From a virus (taxonomy: Duplodnaviria; Caudoviricetes), in IMG/VR virus record IMGVR_UViG_3300043418_000375, positions 1,426 through 65,425 of that record: DNA of 64,000 nucleotides. The stretch is one strand, 5' to 3'. This document shows, piece by piece, positions 1-9,682 of this stretch. A program made the position numbers and the translations under genes. The notes beneath the pieces are model-generated. The model ran no database searches. It saw nothing but the letters and a program-made list of their open reading frames with translations, and was not told the origin of the DNA. Within the stretch, counting starts at the first letter, position 1. Each line of letters begins with the position of its first letter.

Positions 1-396
1 GTGCATCGCGTCCCGATTTCGGCGGACGTCGCCACTTTGGTGCGTCAGCGTCAACTTGTAGTCCCAAAGGGCTGCCCCTGGCTGTTTCCCGGTGACACGC
101 CCGGCCAACCCGTACAAGAAATCCGCAGGTTCTGGGTACGCATCCAGAGCGAGGCCGACATTGCGGGGGTACGAATCCACGACCTACGCCACACCTTTGC
201 CTCTTTGCTTGTCAGCAGTGGCGCCTCCCTGGAAATGATTGGCCGCCTGCTCGGGCACACCCAAATGACGACCACGCAGCGCTATGCGCATCTGATGGAC
301 ACGCCGCTGCGCGATGGCGTCAACCAGGTCGCCGATATCATGCGCGCCCGGCCGAGGTTGGTACATTCCGGCGAACCGCTGGCGAGGACCGCGTAA
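1..396 (+). CDS. int: Tyrosine recombinase/phage integrase, C-terminal part (5' end outside window)
   Basis: Catalytic box motifs IHDLRHTFAS and LLGH..TTQRYAH; frame open at the window edge. Confidence 0.93.
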   Translation: MHRVPISADVATLVRQRQLVVPKGCPWLFPGDTPGQPVQEIRRFWVRIQSEADIAGVRIHDLRHTFASLLVSSGASLEMIGRLLGHTQMTTTQRYAHLMDTPLRDGVNQVADIMRARPRLVHSGEPLARTA

Positions 397-454
397 TCGC
401 GGCCCTCCATTTTTAATCTGCATTTAGCCAGCATTGCGCTGGGCTGAGTACAAT

Positions 455-1066
455 TCAGAGCTTGTCCTGTAGGCGCCACCAGACCCGCGCGAAGCGTTTG
501 CGCACGGTGCTTGCATCCGGCACATCGCCGTCCTCGCTCTCTGCCGCGAACCAGTCCAGCATCATCTTCAAGAAATCTTCCTGCGTGCGTGGCAATCCCT
601 TGCTGGCCACATCCGCAATTACATCCACTAGCATGCCCTCCCAGTCGTAGTTGGTCGAGCGGCCACCCCGGCGCCCTGTTTTGCTGCCCAGACCCAACAG
701 GTCATTGATTTGCTCAAACTCCGCCACGTCGTCGGCGGCCAACATCAGGTCTTCGAGGCGCACCTCTATTCCCTGCGCTGGGTCCGTGATGAATTGCCAC
801 TCGAGCGCCCGCTCGGTCCTGATGCGCCGCACCCAGCAGCTGCGGTTCGGATCCCGCCCTCCGAAGAGGAGGCGCGCAACATCTGTTGCGTTTACCCCCA
901 CCATCCCGGCAGCGACCTCTTTGTCGCATCGAACCGGGCCAATCGGCATCACGATCGGCAAGCGCCCCGAAAAGGCCCAACCGCCGATATCGGTCAGGCT
1001 GTGGCCCCAGCGTGCGGGGAGATCAGCAAGCAGAAAATAGGATTTGGTGATTTTCGACATCGTCAT
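455..1066 (-). CDS. Hypothetical prophage protein, possibly DNA-binding (C-terminal helical/HTH-like region)
   Basis: ATG at 1066 overlaps the stop of the upstream ORF (ATGA); MTMSKITKSYF...DVPDASTVRKRFARVW. Confidence 0.7.
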   Translation of the reverse strand: MTMSKITKSYFLLADLPARWGHSLTDIGGWAFSGRLPIVMPIGPVRCDKEVAAGMVGVNATDVARLLFGGRDPNRSCWVRRIRTERALEWQFITDPAQGIEVRLEDLMLAADDVAEFEQINDLLGLGSKTGRRGGRSTNYDWEGMLVDVIADVASKGLPRTQEDFLKMMLDWFAAESEDGDVPDASTVRKRFARVWWRLQDKL

Positions 1067-1488
1067 CTTCTCTTGAACCGCACACTGCCCCGCAGCGCGG
1101 CAATCCAGTGCTGCGGCATTGTCATGCCGGAGCGCGGTCTGCGTTTCCGGCCCGACACCAAGGGCACCCGGGTGCTGCAGCACAACTGCAATGCCGAAGT
1201 GACCTGCAAGATATGCGAAGTGATGCGTCCGGCCTCCTTGGGCCAGACTCCAACACTCAGCCAATTCGCCGAAAAACGTGCAACCCTGCCGAAAGCCTCG
1301 GCATCCATCGTACCGGCGGGAGGCATCACGGCATCCGCAAGGATCATGGCCGCCCCCTTCCGAAGCGGCAATTCGTCATCAAACGCAATGTCACGCAGTT
1401 TGCGCCGAAATTTATTTCCATTCGCCAACTCGGCGCGTTCGGGCCTCCTAGTGAATCGGGCCGCCGACTCCTGCTCGTCGCACCGCAA
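1063..1488 (-). CDS. Hypothetical protein
   Basis: 141-aa ORF whose stop is coupled to the next gene; starts beside the divergent control region; start codon uncertain. Confidence 0.45.
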   Translation of the reverse strand: MRCDEQESAARFTRRPERAELANGNKFRRKLRDIAFDDELPLRKGAAMILADAVMPPAGTMDAEAFGRVARFSANWLSVGVWPKEAGRITSHILQVTSALQLCCSTRVPLVSGRKRRPRSGMTMPQHWIAALRGSVRFKRR

Positions 1489-1514
1489 ATTCCGCTTAAC
1501 TCATTGTTTTATAA

Positions 1515-1567
1515 CATCCGGAATGATCGTCATTTTTAAATTCCGGTTCGTTCCTAAATTCCGGATG
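1515..1567. promoter_or_regulatory. Divergent control region with operator-like repeats
   Basis: Perfect 10-bp inverted repeat CATCCGGAAT (1515-1524)/ATTCCGGATG (1558-1567); direct repeat TAAATTCCGG at 1537 and 1555; AT-rich; lies between divergent genes. Confidence 0.6.
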
Positions 1568-1628
1568 AGGTGAGCTGCTTTCTTCGCTGCACCGGGGGTG
1601 GTCCCCGGGGTGAACATTGGAGAAAGCG

Positions 1629-1874
1629 ATGTCGGTGCAGACTGGCGAAACCGAGGCCAAGAAGCCGATCCTTGGCGAGTTGATCAGCCGCGCCGATCTG
1701 GCGACCGCGCTGCAGATGTCCCCCGAAACCCTCTGCCGCTGGGGCACACAGCGCGTTGGTCCTGCCCCCACTCGGATCGGGCGCAAGGTCTACTACCGCC
1801 GCGACAGCGTCGAGCAATGGCTGCGCGCCCAAGAGCAGAGCATGCCCAACCGTCAAGCACGGGGGCGTCGATGA
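1629..1874 (+). CDS. Excisionase/AlpA-like helix-turn-helix protein
   Basis: LISRADLATALQMSPETLCRW..GP...RIGRKVYYRRDSVEQWL matches the HTH_17/Xis pattern; GGAG upstream of ATG. Confidence 0.85.
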   Translation: MSVQTGETEAKKPILGELISRADLATALQMSPETLCRWGTQRVGPAPTRIGRKVYYRRDSVEQWLRAQEQSMPNRQARGRR

Positions 1875-2140
1875 GCCTCCCCCTACCCTTTCGCAAAAAT
1901 CGCGGCCGCGATCAGTCCCGACAAGACTGGCTGGACGAGCGCCGCCGGGAGGCGCGCATCGCCGTCGCCGATGTCGTGAACCATTCCGATCACCTGCTCC
2001 GGCTGGCCTGCAATGTGCTGGTTCAGCATGGTGAGACGCCAGAGGAGCGTGAAGACGCGCGGATCCTGCTGGTGGTCCTCGATGCCAGATCGCCTGTGCG
2101 CGCTGGGCGCGGTGTGCATGACCGGGAGGGCGACGAATGA
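1871..2140 (+). CDS. Hypothetical phage protein
   Basis: ATGA overlaps with both neighbours; 89 aa. Confidence 0.7.
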   Translation: MSLPLPFRKNRGRDQSRQDWLDERRREARIAVADVVNHSDHLLRLACNVLVQHGETPEEREDARILLVVLDARSPVRAGRGVHDREGDE

Positions 2141-2562
2141 AACGGCGCGGCACACCCGAAGCGAAGTTGCAGCGAGCTGTGGTCACGGCGCTGCGCTTTG
2201 CCCTTCCCAAGGGAGCGATTGTTCATCACTGCGCCAATGAGGTCACTGAAGCCGGCCCACGTGGCGCAAAGCATCAGGCGATCCTCGTTGGAATGGGGGT
2301 TCAGCCCGGCTTTGCGGACTTGATTGTGCTCTGCGAAGGCCGCGTGCTGTTTCTTGAGCTGAAGTCCTTCAAGGGGCGCCTCAGCCCCGCGCAGGAGGCG
2401 TTTCGGGATGCTATGATGACACAGGGCTTTGGCTGGGCGCTGGTACGGTCATTGGATGACGCACTGGGTGCTTTGGCGGATCACGGGTTCACCACGCGTG
2501 TGGCGCGCCCCGCAATCGCACCGCGCGGCGGGAACAAACCGACCCAAGGGGATGCGCCATGA
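2137..2562 (+). CDS. VRR-NUC domain nuclease (PD-(D/E)xK)
   Basis: E..LQ..V; GVQPGFADL; LFLELKSFKGRLSPAQ motifs. Confidence 0.88.
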   Translation: MKRRGTPEAKLQRAVVTALRFALPKGAIVHHCANEVTEAGPRGAKHQAILVGMGVQPGFADLIVLCEGRVLFLELKSFKGRLSPAQEAFRDAMMTQGFGWALVRSLDDALGALADHGFTTRVARPAIAPRGGNKPTQGDAP

Positions 2563-3608
2563 GCCATGCCGCGACCCTTTGGGCCATCCAGCAGCGCGGG
2601 CTGAAGCCTGCCACCAAGATCGTGCTTTGGCAGCTCTGCGATCGCTTCAACCCGGATTACGGCTGCTTCCCCTCGCAGGAACGCTTGGCGCATGATTGCG
2701 AAATCAGCCGCGCCACCTTGAACCGCCACCTCGACGTCCTCGAGGCAGTGGGCCTGATCCAGCGCATTCGGGCCATAGACCTGCAAACGCGCCAGCAGCG
2801 CCCGACGCGGTATCTCTTACAGTTCGAGCCGGGCTTCACGCCGCGTGACCCCGGACCCAGCGGCGATGGCGAAGAGGGCTCGGCGGATGCAGTTTGTACG
2901 AGCTTTGCTTCCGAATTTCCGCGTTCAGATTTGAGACACGGGCCAGCAGGTGAAAATGAAAGCCAAAGCAATATGTTAGATCGCGTCAAATTGGAAAAAC
3001 CGTGCCTCATTTCTGGCCACGGGGCCGTGTCTCATTTTTGCACAAAGCCGTGTCTCAAAAATGGCGGATCCCGTGTCTCAAATCCGGACACTAACCTTGT
3101 AAGAGAACCTATAAGTAAACCAGTAAAGGAGGAGGAGAACGCGCGAGCGCACGAAACCCTCGGTGCTAATTTTTTTGAAGAGCTTCTTGAGGCGCTGGGC
3201 TTTGCCCCTGATACACCCCTGCCCGGTTGGTGGCAGGGCTGGCCGCCCCGGGAACATGTTAGGCGCTGGCGGGATGACCTTGGGCTGACGTCGGCCGAAA
3301 TCCTCCATGCGGCCGAAGCCTCACGTCTCGAGCATCCTGAGCCCCCGGATGGGCCCAAGGCTCTGGACCGGATCATGCAGCGTGTCTCCCAGCGCAAGGC
3401 GGATGCAGCCAGGCGAAAACGACCAAGGGCAAAGGCGGCACCTGCGCCGGTGCATATGCCGATCACCGACATCCCGGCCTTCTACGCCGATTTGGTGAAC
3501 TCGGATCGCTACGTGCCGGCCAGTGCGATCACGAACTCCACCCGTGACGCGATGCTGGCCCGTGGGCTGGTGACGGCTGAGCGCCTTCGTGAGCGGGGCA
3601 TCCAATGA
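2559..3608 (+). CDS. Phage replication initiator (N-terminal HTH, lambda O-like)
   Basis: N-terminal CFPSQERLAHDCEISRATLNRHL HTH; internal iterons followed by an AT-rich tract. Confidence 0.82.
   Translation: MSHAATLWAIQQRGLKPATKIVLWQLCDRFNPDYGCFPSQERLAHDCEISRATLNRHLDVLEAVGLIQRIRAIDLQTRQQRPTRYLLQFEPGFTPRDPGPSGDGEEGSADAVCTSFASEFPRSDLRHGPAGENESQSNMLDRVKLEKPCLISGHGAVSHFCTKPCLKNGGSRVSNPDTNLVREPISKPVKEEENARAHETLGANFFEELLEALGFAPDTPLPGWWQGWPPREHVRRWRDDLGLTSAEILHAAEASRLEHPEPPDGPKALDRIMQRVSQRKADAARRKRPRAKAAPAPVHMPITDIPAFYADLVNSDRYVPASAITNSTRDAMLARGLVTAERLRERGIQ
2932..3130. repeat. Iteron array, probable replication origin inside the initiator gene
   Basis: CCGTGTCTCA at 3025, 3048 and 3071 (23-bp period), variant at 3000, inverted copy at 2932; A-rich tract about 3090-3130. 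Confidence 0.75.
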
Positions 3609-4282
3609 AATACGATCGTAACTTGCATGGCAGAGTTGGCGGCGCTGGGCGTGTGCGACAAAAGCGCATGCTGCCGGTGCAGCAAGCATTGGAATGGGCC
3701 TTCGGCAAGGAGAAGGCCGAGTTGGAGCTACCGGAGCGCCCAGATCCCGAACGACGGCAGGATTTTGGTCTTGGTCTCGAATACATTCTCATCCAGCGCG
3801 CGGTGCTCGGCTGCAAGATCGACGGCGGCCAGCACAAGGTCGGCAGTTACACTCATGAGGATGCCGAGGTCATCGCGGCAATCGTTGCAGGGCTACCCGA
3901 CAGCCTCGGCGGCAAGCGCATGGCGATCCGGGTGGCCGAACTCGCCCGCGCTGGGCTGACGCCGGACTGGATGCCGGGGGCGGTGCCGCGCTGTGTGCCG
4001 GTGGAGGTAAAGCGCAACCAGCATGGGGAGCGGGCGACGACCGTCGTAGTTGGGACTGAGCGGGTTCTCACGCGCGGCAAATGGCGGACGGTGGATGTGT
4101 TGGCCTGTCCGGTGACCTACTCACCGCATCCCGAACAGATCGCATCTGCGCGGCGCGGCTATGAGGATTGGTGGTTGGCGCTGAATTGGGTCAGGGTTGG
4201 GTTGCTGGAGGGCGGGATGCTGCGGGATGTCGTGGTGACGGTGGCAATGCCAAGGACACGGCCGTGGCTGGCGCGAGCGTGA
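3605..4282 (+). CDS. Hypothetical phage protein (last gene of the replication operon)
   Basis: 225-aa ORF with ATGA overlap to the initiator gene. Confidence 0.75.
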   Translation: MKYDRNLHGRVGGAGRVRQKRMLPVQQALEWAFGKEKAELELPERPDPERRQDFGLGLEYILIQRAVLGCKIDGGQHKVGSYTHEDAEVIAAIVAGLPDSLGGKRMAIRVAELARAGLTPDWMPGAVPRCVPVEVKRNQHGERATTVVVGTERVLTRGKWRTVDVLACPVTYSPHPEQIASARRGYEDWWLALNWVRVGLLEGGMLRDVVVTVAMPRTRPWLARA

Positions 4283-5154
4283 TTCACGGTGTAAGCATGA
4301 GCGAAACATCGCAATTTTCGCCTTCCCCTTGCGGGCTTGCCGCGCAAACTTGCCGACAGCAGCTGGGGAGCACCACATGACCGATGAGCAAAAGAAGACC
4401 CTAGAAAGAAAGCTCTGGGACATTGCCAACACCTTGCGCGGCAAGATGAATGCCGACGAATTTCGCGACTACATCCTTGGGTTCATCTTCTACAAATACC
4501 TGTCCGAACGGATGCATCTCTATGCCAACGAGGTTCTGAAGCAGGACGGGATTGATTACCTGTCTGTTGATGAGGCTTCGGCAGACGGCCGCGAAATTCT
4601 CGACGCCGTCCGTGAAGCCTCTGTCGACGCGCTGGGCTATTTCTTGCGCCCGTCCGAACTGTTCAGGCAGATCGCAAAACGTGGATCCAAGCCCGGGCAG
4701 TTCATCCTTGCCGACCTGACCAAGATCCTCAACAATATCCAGCGTTCGACTATGGGCACCGAGTCAGAGGGAGATTTCGATCATCTGTTCGAGGATCTGG
4801 ACTTGACATCGACAAAGCTTGGGCGCACGGAAGAAGCCAAGAACACCCTCATCGCAAAGGTTTTGACCCACCTCGACGAGATCAACTTCCTGTTGGACGA
4901 TGCCAATACCGATGTGTTGGGTGATGCTTACGAATACCTGATCGGGCAGTTTGCCAGCGGCGCGGGCAAGAAGGCGGGCGAGTTCTACACGCCACAGCAG
5001 GTGTCTACCATCTTGGCCCGCATCGTCACCACCGGCCGAACGAGGCTGAAGTCGGTATATGATCCAGCTTGCGGGTCAGGTTTGTTGATTTTCACCCAGA
5101 AGTGAGCCGGTTTTTTCACCGAGAAGTGAGCCACCTCTGATTATGGATTTCGGT

Positions 5155-5949
5155 TCATGCTGGGGTCAAGGGTGGGTTTGTCTCCTTCTTTTTTCGGGCT
5201 GCGGCGGCTGAGCTTGCCTTGAAGCGGAAGCTGTCGTTTCCGGTTTCAAGGATGTGACAGCGGTGGGTGAGGCGGTCGAGCAAGGCTGTGGTCATCTTGG
5301 CATCACCGAAGACGGTGGCCCATTCGCTGAAGCTGAGGTTGGTGGTGATCACGACGCTGGTGCGCTCGTAGAGCTTGCTCAGGAGGTGGAACAGCAGGGC
5401 CCCGCCCGAGGCGCTGAATGGCAGGTAGCCCAGTTCGTCCAGGATCACGAGGTCGAGCTTGGTCATGCCTTCCGCGATCTGCCCGGCCTTTCCCTTGGCC
5501 TTTTCCTGTTCGAGGGCGTTGACCAATTCAATTGTCGAGAAGAAGCGGACCTTGCGGCGGTGATGTTCGATGGCCTGGACGCCGAGAGCCGTGGCGACAT
5601 GGGTCTTGCCCGTTCCCGGGCCACCAATCAGGACCACGTTCTGAGCGCCATCCAGGAACTCGCAGCGATGCAGGGTCCGGATGGTGGCTTCGTTGATCTC
5701 ACTGGTTGCGAAATCGAAGCCGGAGAGGTCCTTGTAAGCCGGGAAGCGGGCGGACTTCATGTGATAGGCGATCGAGCGCACTTCGCGCTCGGCCAATTCA
5801 GCCTTCAGCAGTTGCGACAGCATCGGGACTGCGGCCTCAAAGGCTGGCGCCCCTTGCTCAATCAGATCAGTGACGGCCTGGGCCATGCCATACATCTTCA
5901 GACTGCGCAGCATGATGACGATAGCGCCCGCGGCGGGATCATGACGCAT
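5155..5949 (-). CDS. istB: IS21 helper AAA+ ATPase IstB
   Basis: Walker A GGPGTGKT, Walker [26 protein letters not shown]. Confidence 0.95.
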   Translation of the reverse strand: MRHDPAAGAIVIMLRSLKMYGMAQAVTDLIEQGAPAFEAAVPMLSQLLKAELAEREVRSIAYHMKSARFPAYKDLSGFDFATSEINEATIRTLHRCEFLDGAQNVVLIGGPGTGKTHVATALGVQAIEHHRRKVRFFSTIELVNALEQEKAKGKAGQIAEGMTKLDLVILDELGYLPFSASGGALLFHLLSKLYERTSVVITTNLSFSEWATVFGDAKMTTALLDRLTHRCHILETGNDSFRFKASSAAAARKKKETNPPLTPA

Positions 5950-7480
5950 GGCGGCCTCCTGCGAGTTGGGCACGCAGGCCGTCATAGCGTTCGACGTTCG
6001 CCTTGGGTTCGCGGTGCAGGGCCAATGCCTGTGGTGTATCCAGTGGCGGCCCACCGATCACCTTGCCGTCGACCAGCCGGTGCAACAGGTTCAGGACATG
6101 GGTCTTGGTCGGCACGCTCTCGGACAGGGCAAGCTCCACGGCGGTCAGCACGGCTTGCTCGTCGTGGTGAAGCACGAGGGCGAGGATATCGACCATCTCC
6201 CTATCCCCACCGGGTTTGCGCAGCATGTGATCCTGCAACTGTCTGAACGCAGACGGTAATTCCAGGAAGGGTGCGCCGTTGCGAAGGGCTCCGGGCTTCC
6301 TTTGCACAACTGCCAGATAATGCCGCCAGTCGTAAATCGTCTTCGGTGGCAGATGATGGCTGCGCTCGATCACGCGCACATGTTCGCACAGGATGTTGCC
6401 TTCGGCAGCCACCACCAACCGTTCTGGATAGATCCGCAAGCTGACAGGCCGGTTGGCAAACGACGCCGGAACACTGTAGCGATTGCGCTCGAAGCTGATC
6501 AGACAGGTCGGCGACACGCGCTTGCTCAGTTCGACGAAGCCGTCAAAGGCGACCGGCAAGGGCATCAGGGCTGTCTGCTCCTCGGCCCAGACATCAGCGA
6601 TGGTGCCGGGCTGCTTGCCATGCGGGGTCTCCCGCCACAACGCGAGGCAACGCTCTTCCAGCCAGGCATTCAGCGCGGCAAGATCCGGAAAGTCCGGCAT
6701 CCCCTGCAACATCTGGTGACGGGAATCCCGGACGTTCTTCTCGACTTGCCCTTTCTCCCACCCTGCCGCCGGATTGCAAAACTCAGGCTCGTAAACATAG
6801 TGGTTCGTCATTGCGAGGAAGCGCATGTTGATCTGCCGCTCCTTGCCTCGGCCAACACGATCCACCGCCGTCTTCATGTTATCGTAGATGCCCCGCCCCG
6901 GGACACCGCCGAAGACCCGGAACGCATGCCAATGGGCATCGAACAGCATCTCGTGCGTCTGCAATGGGTAGGCCCGAAGTAGAAAAGCCCGACTGTGCGA
7001 CAACTTGATATGCGCCATCTGCAGCTTGGTGCGTTCGCCGCCCAGAACCGCAAAGTCCTCGCTCCAGTCGAACTGGAAGGCATCGCCGGGGGCAAAATGC
7101 AGCGGCACAAAGGTCCCCCGGCCCGTGGTTTGCTGCTCACGCTGCCGATCGCTGCGCCATCGACGTGCAAAGGCCGCGACCCGGGCATAGGAGCCGGTGA
7201 AGCCAAGCACTGCCAACTCAGCATGCAGTTGCTTCATGGTCCGCCGCTCCTTGCGCGACCTCCCGGCCTCAGTCTTCAGCCAGCCCGCAAGCTTGTCGGC
7301 AAAAGGGTCAATCTTGCTTTGACGTTCCGGCGTCGCAAACTTCGGCTCGATCGTGTTGGCCGCCAGATGCTTGGTCACCGTATTCCGCGACACGCCCGTC
7401 AGCCGTGAAATCTCGCGGATCGACAGCTTCTGCCGCAAGTGCATCCGGCGGATGATGTTCAATAGTCCCATGTGGATCAC
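5939..7480 (-). CDS. istA: IS21 DDE transposase IstA
   Basis: N-terminal HTH ([16 protein letters not shown]), [20 protein letters not shown]; GTG start inferred. Confidence 0.95.
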   Translation of the reverse strand: MIHMGLLNIIRRMHLRQKLSIREISRLTGVSRNTVTKHLAANTIEPKFATPERQSKIDPFADKLAGWLKTEAGRSRKERRTMKQLHAELAVLGFTGSYARVAAFARRWRSDRQREQQTTGRGTFVPLHFAPGDAFQFDWSEDFAVLGGERTKLQMAHIKLSHSRAFLLRAYPLQTHEMLFDAHWHAFRVFGGVPGRGIYDNMKTAVDRVGRGKERQINMRFLAMTNHYVYEPEFCNPAAGWEKGQVEKNVRDSRHQMLQGMPDFPDLAALNAWLEERCLALWRETPHGKQPGTIADVWAEEQTALMPLPVAFDGFVELSKRVSPTCLISFERNRYSVPASFANRPVSLRIYPERLVVAAEGNILCEHVRVIERSHHLPPKTIYDWRHYLAVVQRKPGALRNGAPFLELPSAFRQLQDHMLRKPGGDREMVDILALVLHHDEQAVLTAVELALSESVPTKTHVLNLLHRLVDGKVIGGPPLDTPQALALHREPKANVERYDGLRAQLAGGRHAS

Positions 7481-8436
7481 TCCGTTGCCCCCACCGCTCA
7501 CCGCTTCGGGGAAAGGTTCACATGGCTCAGTTCTCAGTGAAAATTATGCGCCTAACCGGCTCACTTCTGGGTGAAAATCAACAGGTCAGGTTCCCTGTTG
7601 CTTCGCGTGGCCAAGGAGGCGGACGTGTCCGAGTTTTTCGGGCAGGAGATGAACCGCACCACCTACAATCTCGCCCGCATGAACATGATCCTGCATGGGG
7701 TGCACTATCGTAATTTCGACCTCAAGCAGGAAGACACTCTGGAACACCCCCAGCATGACGGCATGCGGTCCGATGCTGTTGTCGCCAATCCACCTTTCAG
7801 CGCCAACTGGTCTTCCAATCCCCTGCTACTGTCCGATGACCGGTTCAGCCAGTATGGCAAATTGGCCCCGGCATCGAAGGCCGACTTCGCCTTTGTCCAG
7901 CACATGCTGCACCATTTGGACGACAACGGCACCATGGCTGTGATCCTGCCGCACGGGGCGCTGTTCCGTGGTGGGGCCGAAGGGCATATCCGCCAATACC
8001 TGATCAAGGATCGCAACTGGCTGGATGCCGTCATCGGTCTGCCTGCCAACATCTTTTACGGCACCGGCATTCCAACCTGCATCCTGGTCTTCAAGAAATG
8101 CCGCGAAACCGAGGATGTTCTGTTCGTCGATGCCTCGACCTGCTTTGAAAAGGCGACGAACCAGAACATCCTGCGTGCCGCAGACGTTGACCGCATCGTG
8201 GGCACCTTCCGCAGCCGCGCTGAAGTCGAACGCTTCAGCCATCGTGCGACCTTGGCCGAAATTACCGAGAACGACTTCAATCTGAACATCCCCCGCTATG
8301 TGGATACTTTCGAGGCTGAGGCAGAAATTGATCTGGCAACGGTCGCGGCAGAGGTGCGCGCAATCGAAGGAACCATGGCGGCTCTCGACAAGTCTATCCG
8401 TGATTTCTGTGCCGAGTTGGGGCTGGAGGCGCCAGT

Positions 8437-9681
8437 ATGATCCCTGCCGCCCCAAGACTTCGGTTTCCCGAGTTCAAAGATCCTTGGAAGCCAGGGCATG
8501 CTGGCGACGCGTTCAAGAACAGCCGCGCGAAGGGTGCTGCTGGCCTTCCCATTTATTCGGTGACGATGGATCGCGGGCTTGTGCGACGCGACAGCATAGA
8601 CAGGCACATGGCGGCCGATGCCGCAGACGGCCAGAACCTGCGCGCGCAGCGCGGCGATGTTGTCTACAACATGATGCGTATGTGGCAGGGTGCCGTTGGG
8701 CTTGCCCCTGAGGAGTGTATGGTCAGCCCGGCTTATGTCGTCCTGTCCCCGAAGAAGCACACATCACCCCAGTTCTTCGACCAGTGGTTCAAGGGCAAGC
8801 GGATGCTCTATCTCCTGGGTGCCTATTCTCACGGGATCACCAGCGACCGCCTGCGGCTTTATGCCGATGACTTTGCTCGCATTCCCGTGCATCTGCCTTC
8901 ACTTCCTGAACAGCAGAAAATCGCGGCGTTTCTTGGTGTGGTGGATGCCAAGCTTGCGGCGCTGGCGACCAAGCAGGCGGCGCTGGGGCGGTTCAAGGCT
9001 GGGCTGATGCAAAAGCTCTTCAGGCAGCAGCTTCGGTTCACCCAAGATGACGGCGCGGCCTTTCCGAATTGGGAAGAAGAACGACTAGGGGATGTCTTCA
9101 CTTGGGTGAAAACAAACAGTCTATCACGCGAGTTTTTGACTTATGACGGTGGCCTTGTTCAAAACATTCATTATGGGGATATTCACACGAAATTCCGCGC
9201 CTTGTTTCGGCAATCTGCCGAGAATGTTCCATTTATCGCACCGAACAGCGGGCTGAAGACACTCTCTGAAGAAGAATACTGCCAGATCGGGGATGTAGTT
9301 ATTGCAGACGCATCCGAGGACTTTGCCGATATTGGCAAGGCAATCGAAATCGTAGAGTTGAGTGAACGTTCATTGGTTGCGGGGCTTCACACGTACATCG
9401 CCAGACCTAAAATCGGCTCTTTAGTGTTAGGGTTCTCTGGCTATCTGTTGCGCAGCGAACCGATGCGGCGCCAGATTGTTCGGATCGCGCAAGGTATTTC
9501 CGTTTTGGGGATTTCGAAGGGAAACCTTGAAAAACTGACCTTTTGGCTTCCCCATCCCGACGAGCAACAGAAAATCGCCGATGCGCTTGCCGCAATGGAT
9601 GCCAAAATTCAGGCGGTTGCAGATCAGATCGTCAAACTGCAAATCTTCAAGAAGGGTCTGCTGCGGCAGATGTTCGCCTGA
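8437..9681 (+). CDS. hsdS: Type I R-M specificity subunit HsdS
   Basis: PRLRFPEF N-terminus; two TRDs each followed by P...EQQKIA; KKGLLRQMF C-terminus. Confidence 0.95.
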   Translation: MIPAAPRLRFPEFKDPWKPGHAGDAFKNSRAKGAAGLPIYSVTMDRGLVRRDSIDRHMAADAADGQNLRAQRGDVVYNMMRMWQGAVGLAPEECMVSPAYVVLSPKKHTSPQFFDQWFKGKRMLYLLGAYSHGITSDRLRLYADDFARIPVHLPSLPEQQKIAAFLGVVDAKLAALATKQAALGRFKAGLMQKLFRQQLRFTQDDGAAFPNWEEERLGDVFTWVKTNSLSREFLTYDGGLVQNIHYGDIHTKFRALFRQSAENVPFIAPNSGLKTLSEEEYCQIGDVVIADASEDFADIGKAIEIVELSERSLVAGLHTYIARPKIGSLVLGFSGYLLRSEPMRRQIVRIAQGISVLGISKGNLEKLTFWLPHPDEQQKIADALAAMDAKIQAVADQIVKLQIFKKGLLRQMFA

Positions 9682-9682
9682 A

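Larger units (their letters stand above)
5083..7583 (-). mobile_element. IS21-family insertion sequence (2501 bp)
   Basis: 30-bp perfect terminal IRs TGTTGATTTTCACCCAGAAGTGAGCCGGTT; 9-bp flanking duplication GGTCAGGTT (5074-5082, 7584-7592); istA-istB pair. Confidence 0.96.
4377..8440 (+). pseudogene. hsdM: Type I R-M methyltransferase HsdM interrupted by IS21 (5' part 4377-5082, 3' part 7593-8440)
   Basis: LWDIANTLRG, GEFYTPQQV, NPPF and NLNIPRYV motifs; removing the IS and one target duplication restores in-frame motif I DPACGSGSLL. Confidence 0.95.

Noticed and set aside
710-1573. 287-aa plus-strand ORF
   Set aside because: Overlaps two coupled minus-strand ORFs that fit the gene organisation better; no motifs.
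7571-8440. Stand-alone methyltransferase ORF
   Set aside because: It is the 3' half of IS-split hsdM; its GTG start lies inside the IS inverted repeat.
8437-9681. Phase-variable hsdS shufflon
   Set aside because: Single hsdS with no silent TRDs, invertase or inverted repeats seen.
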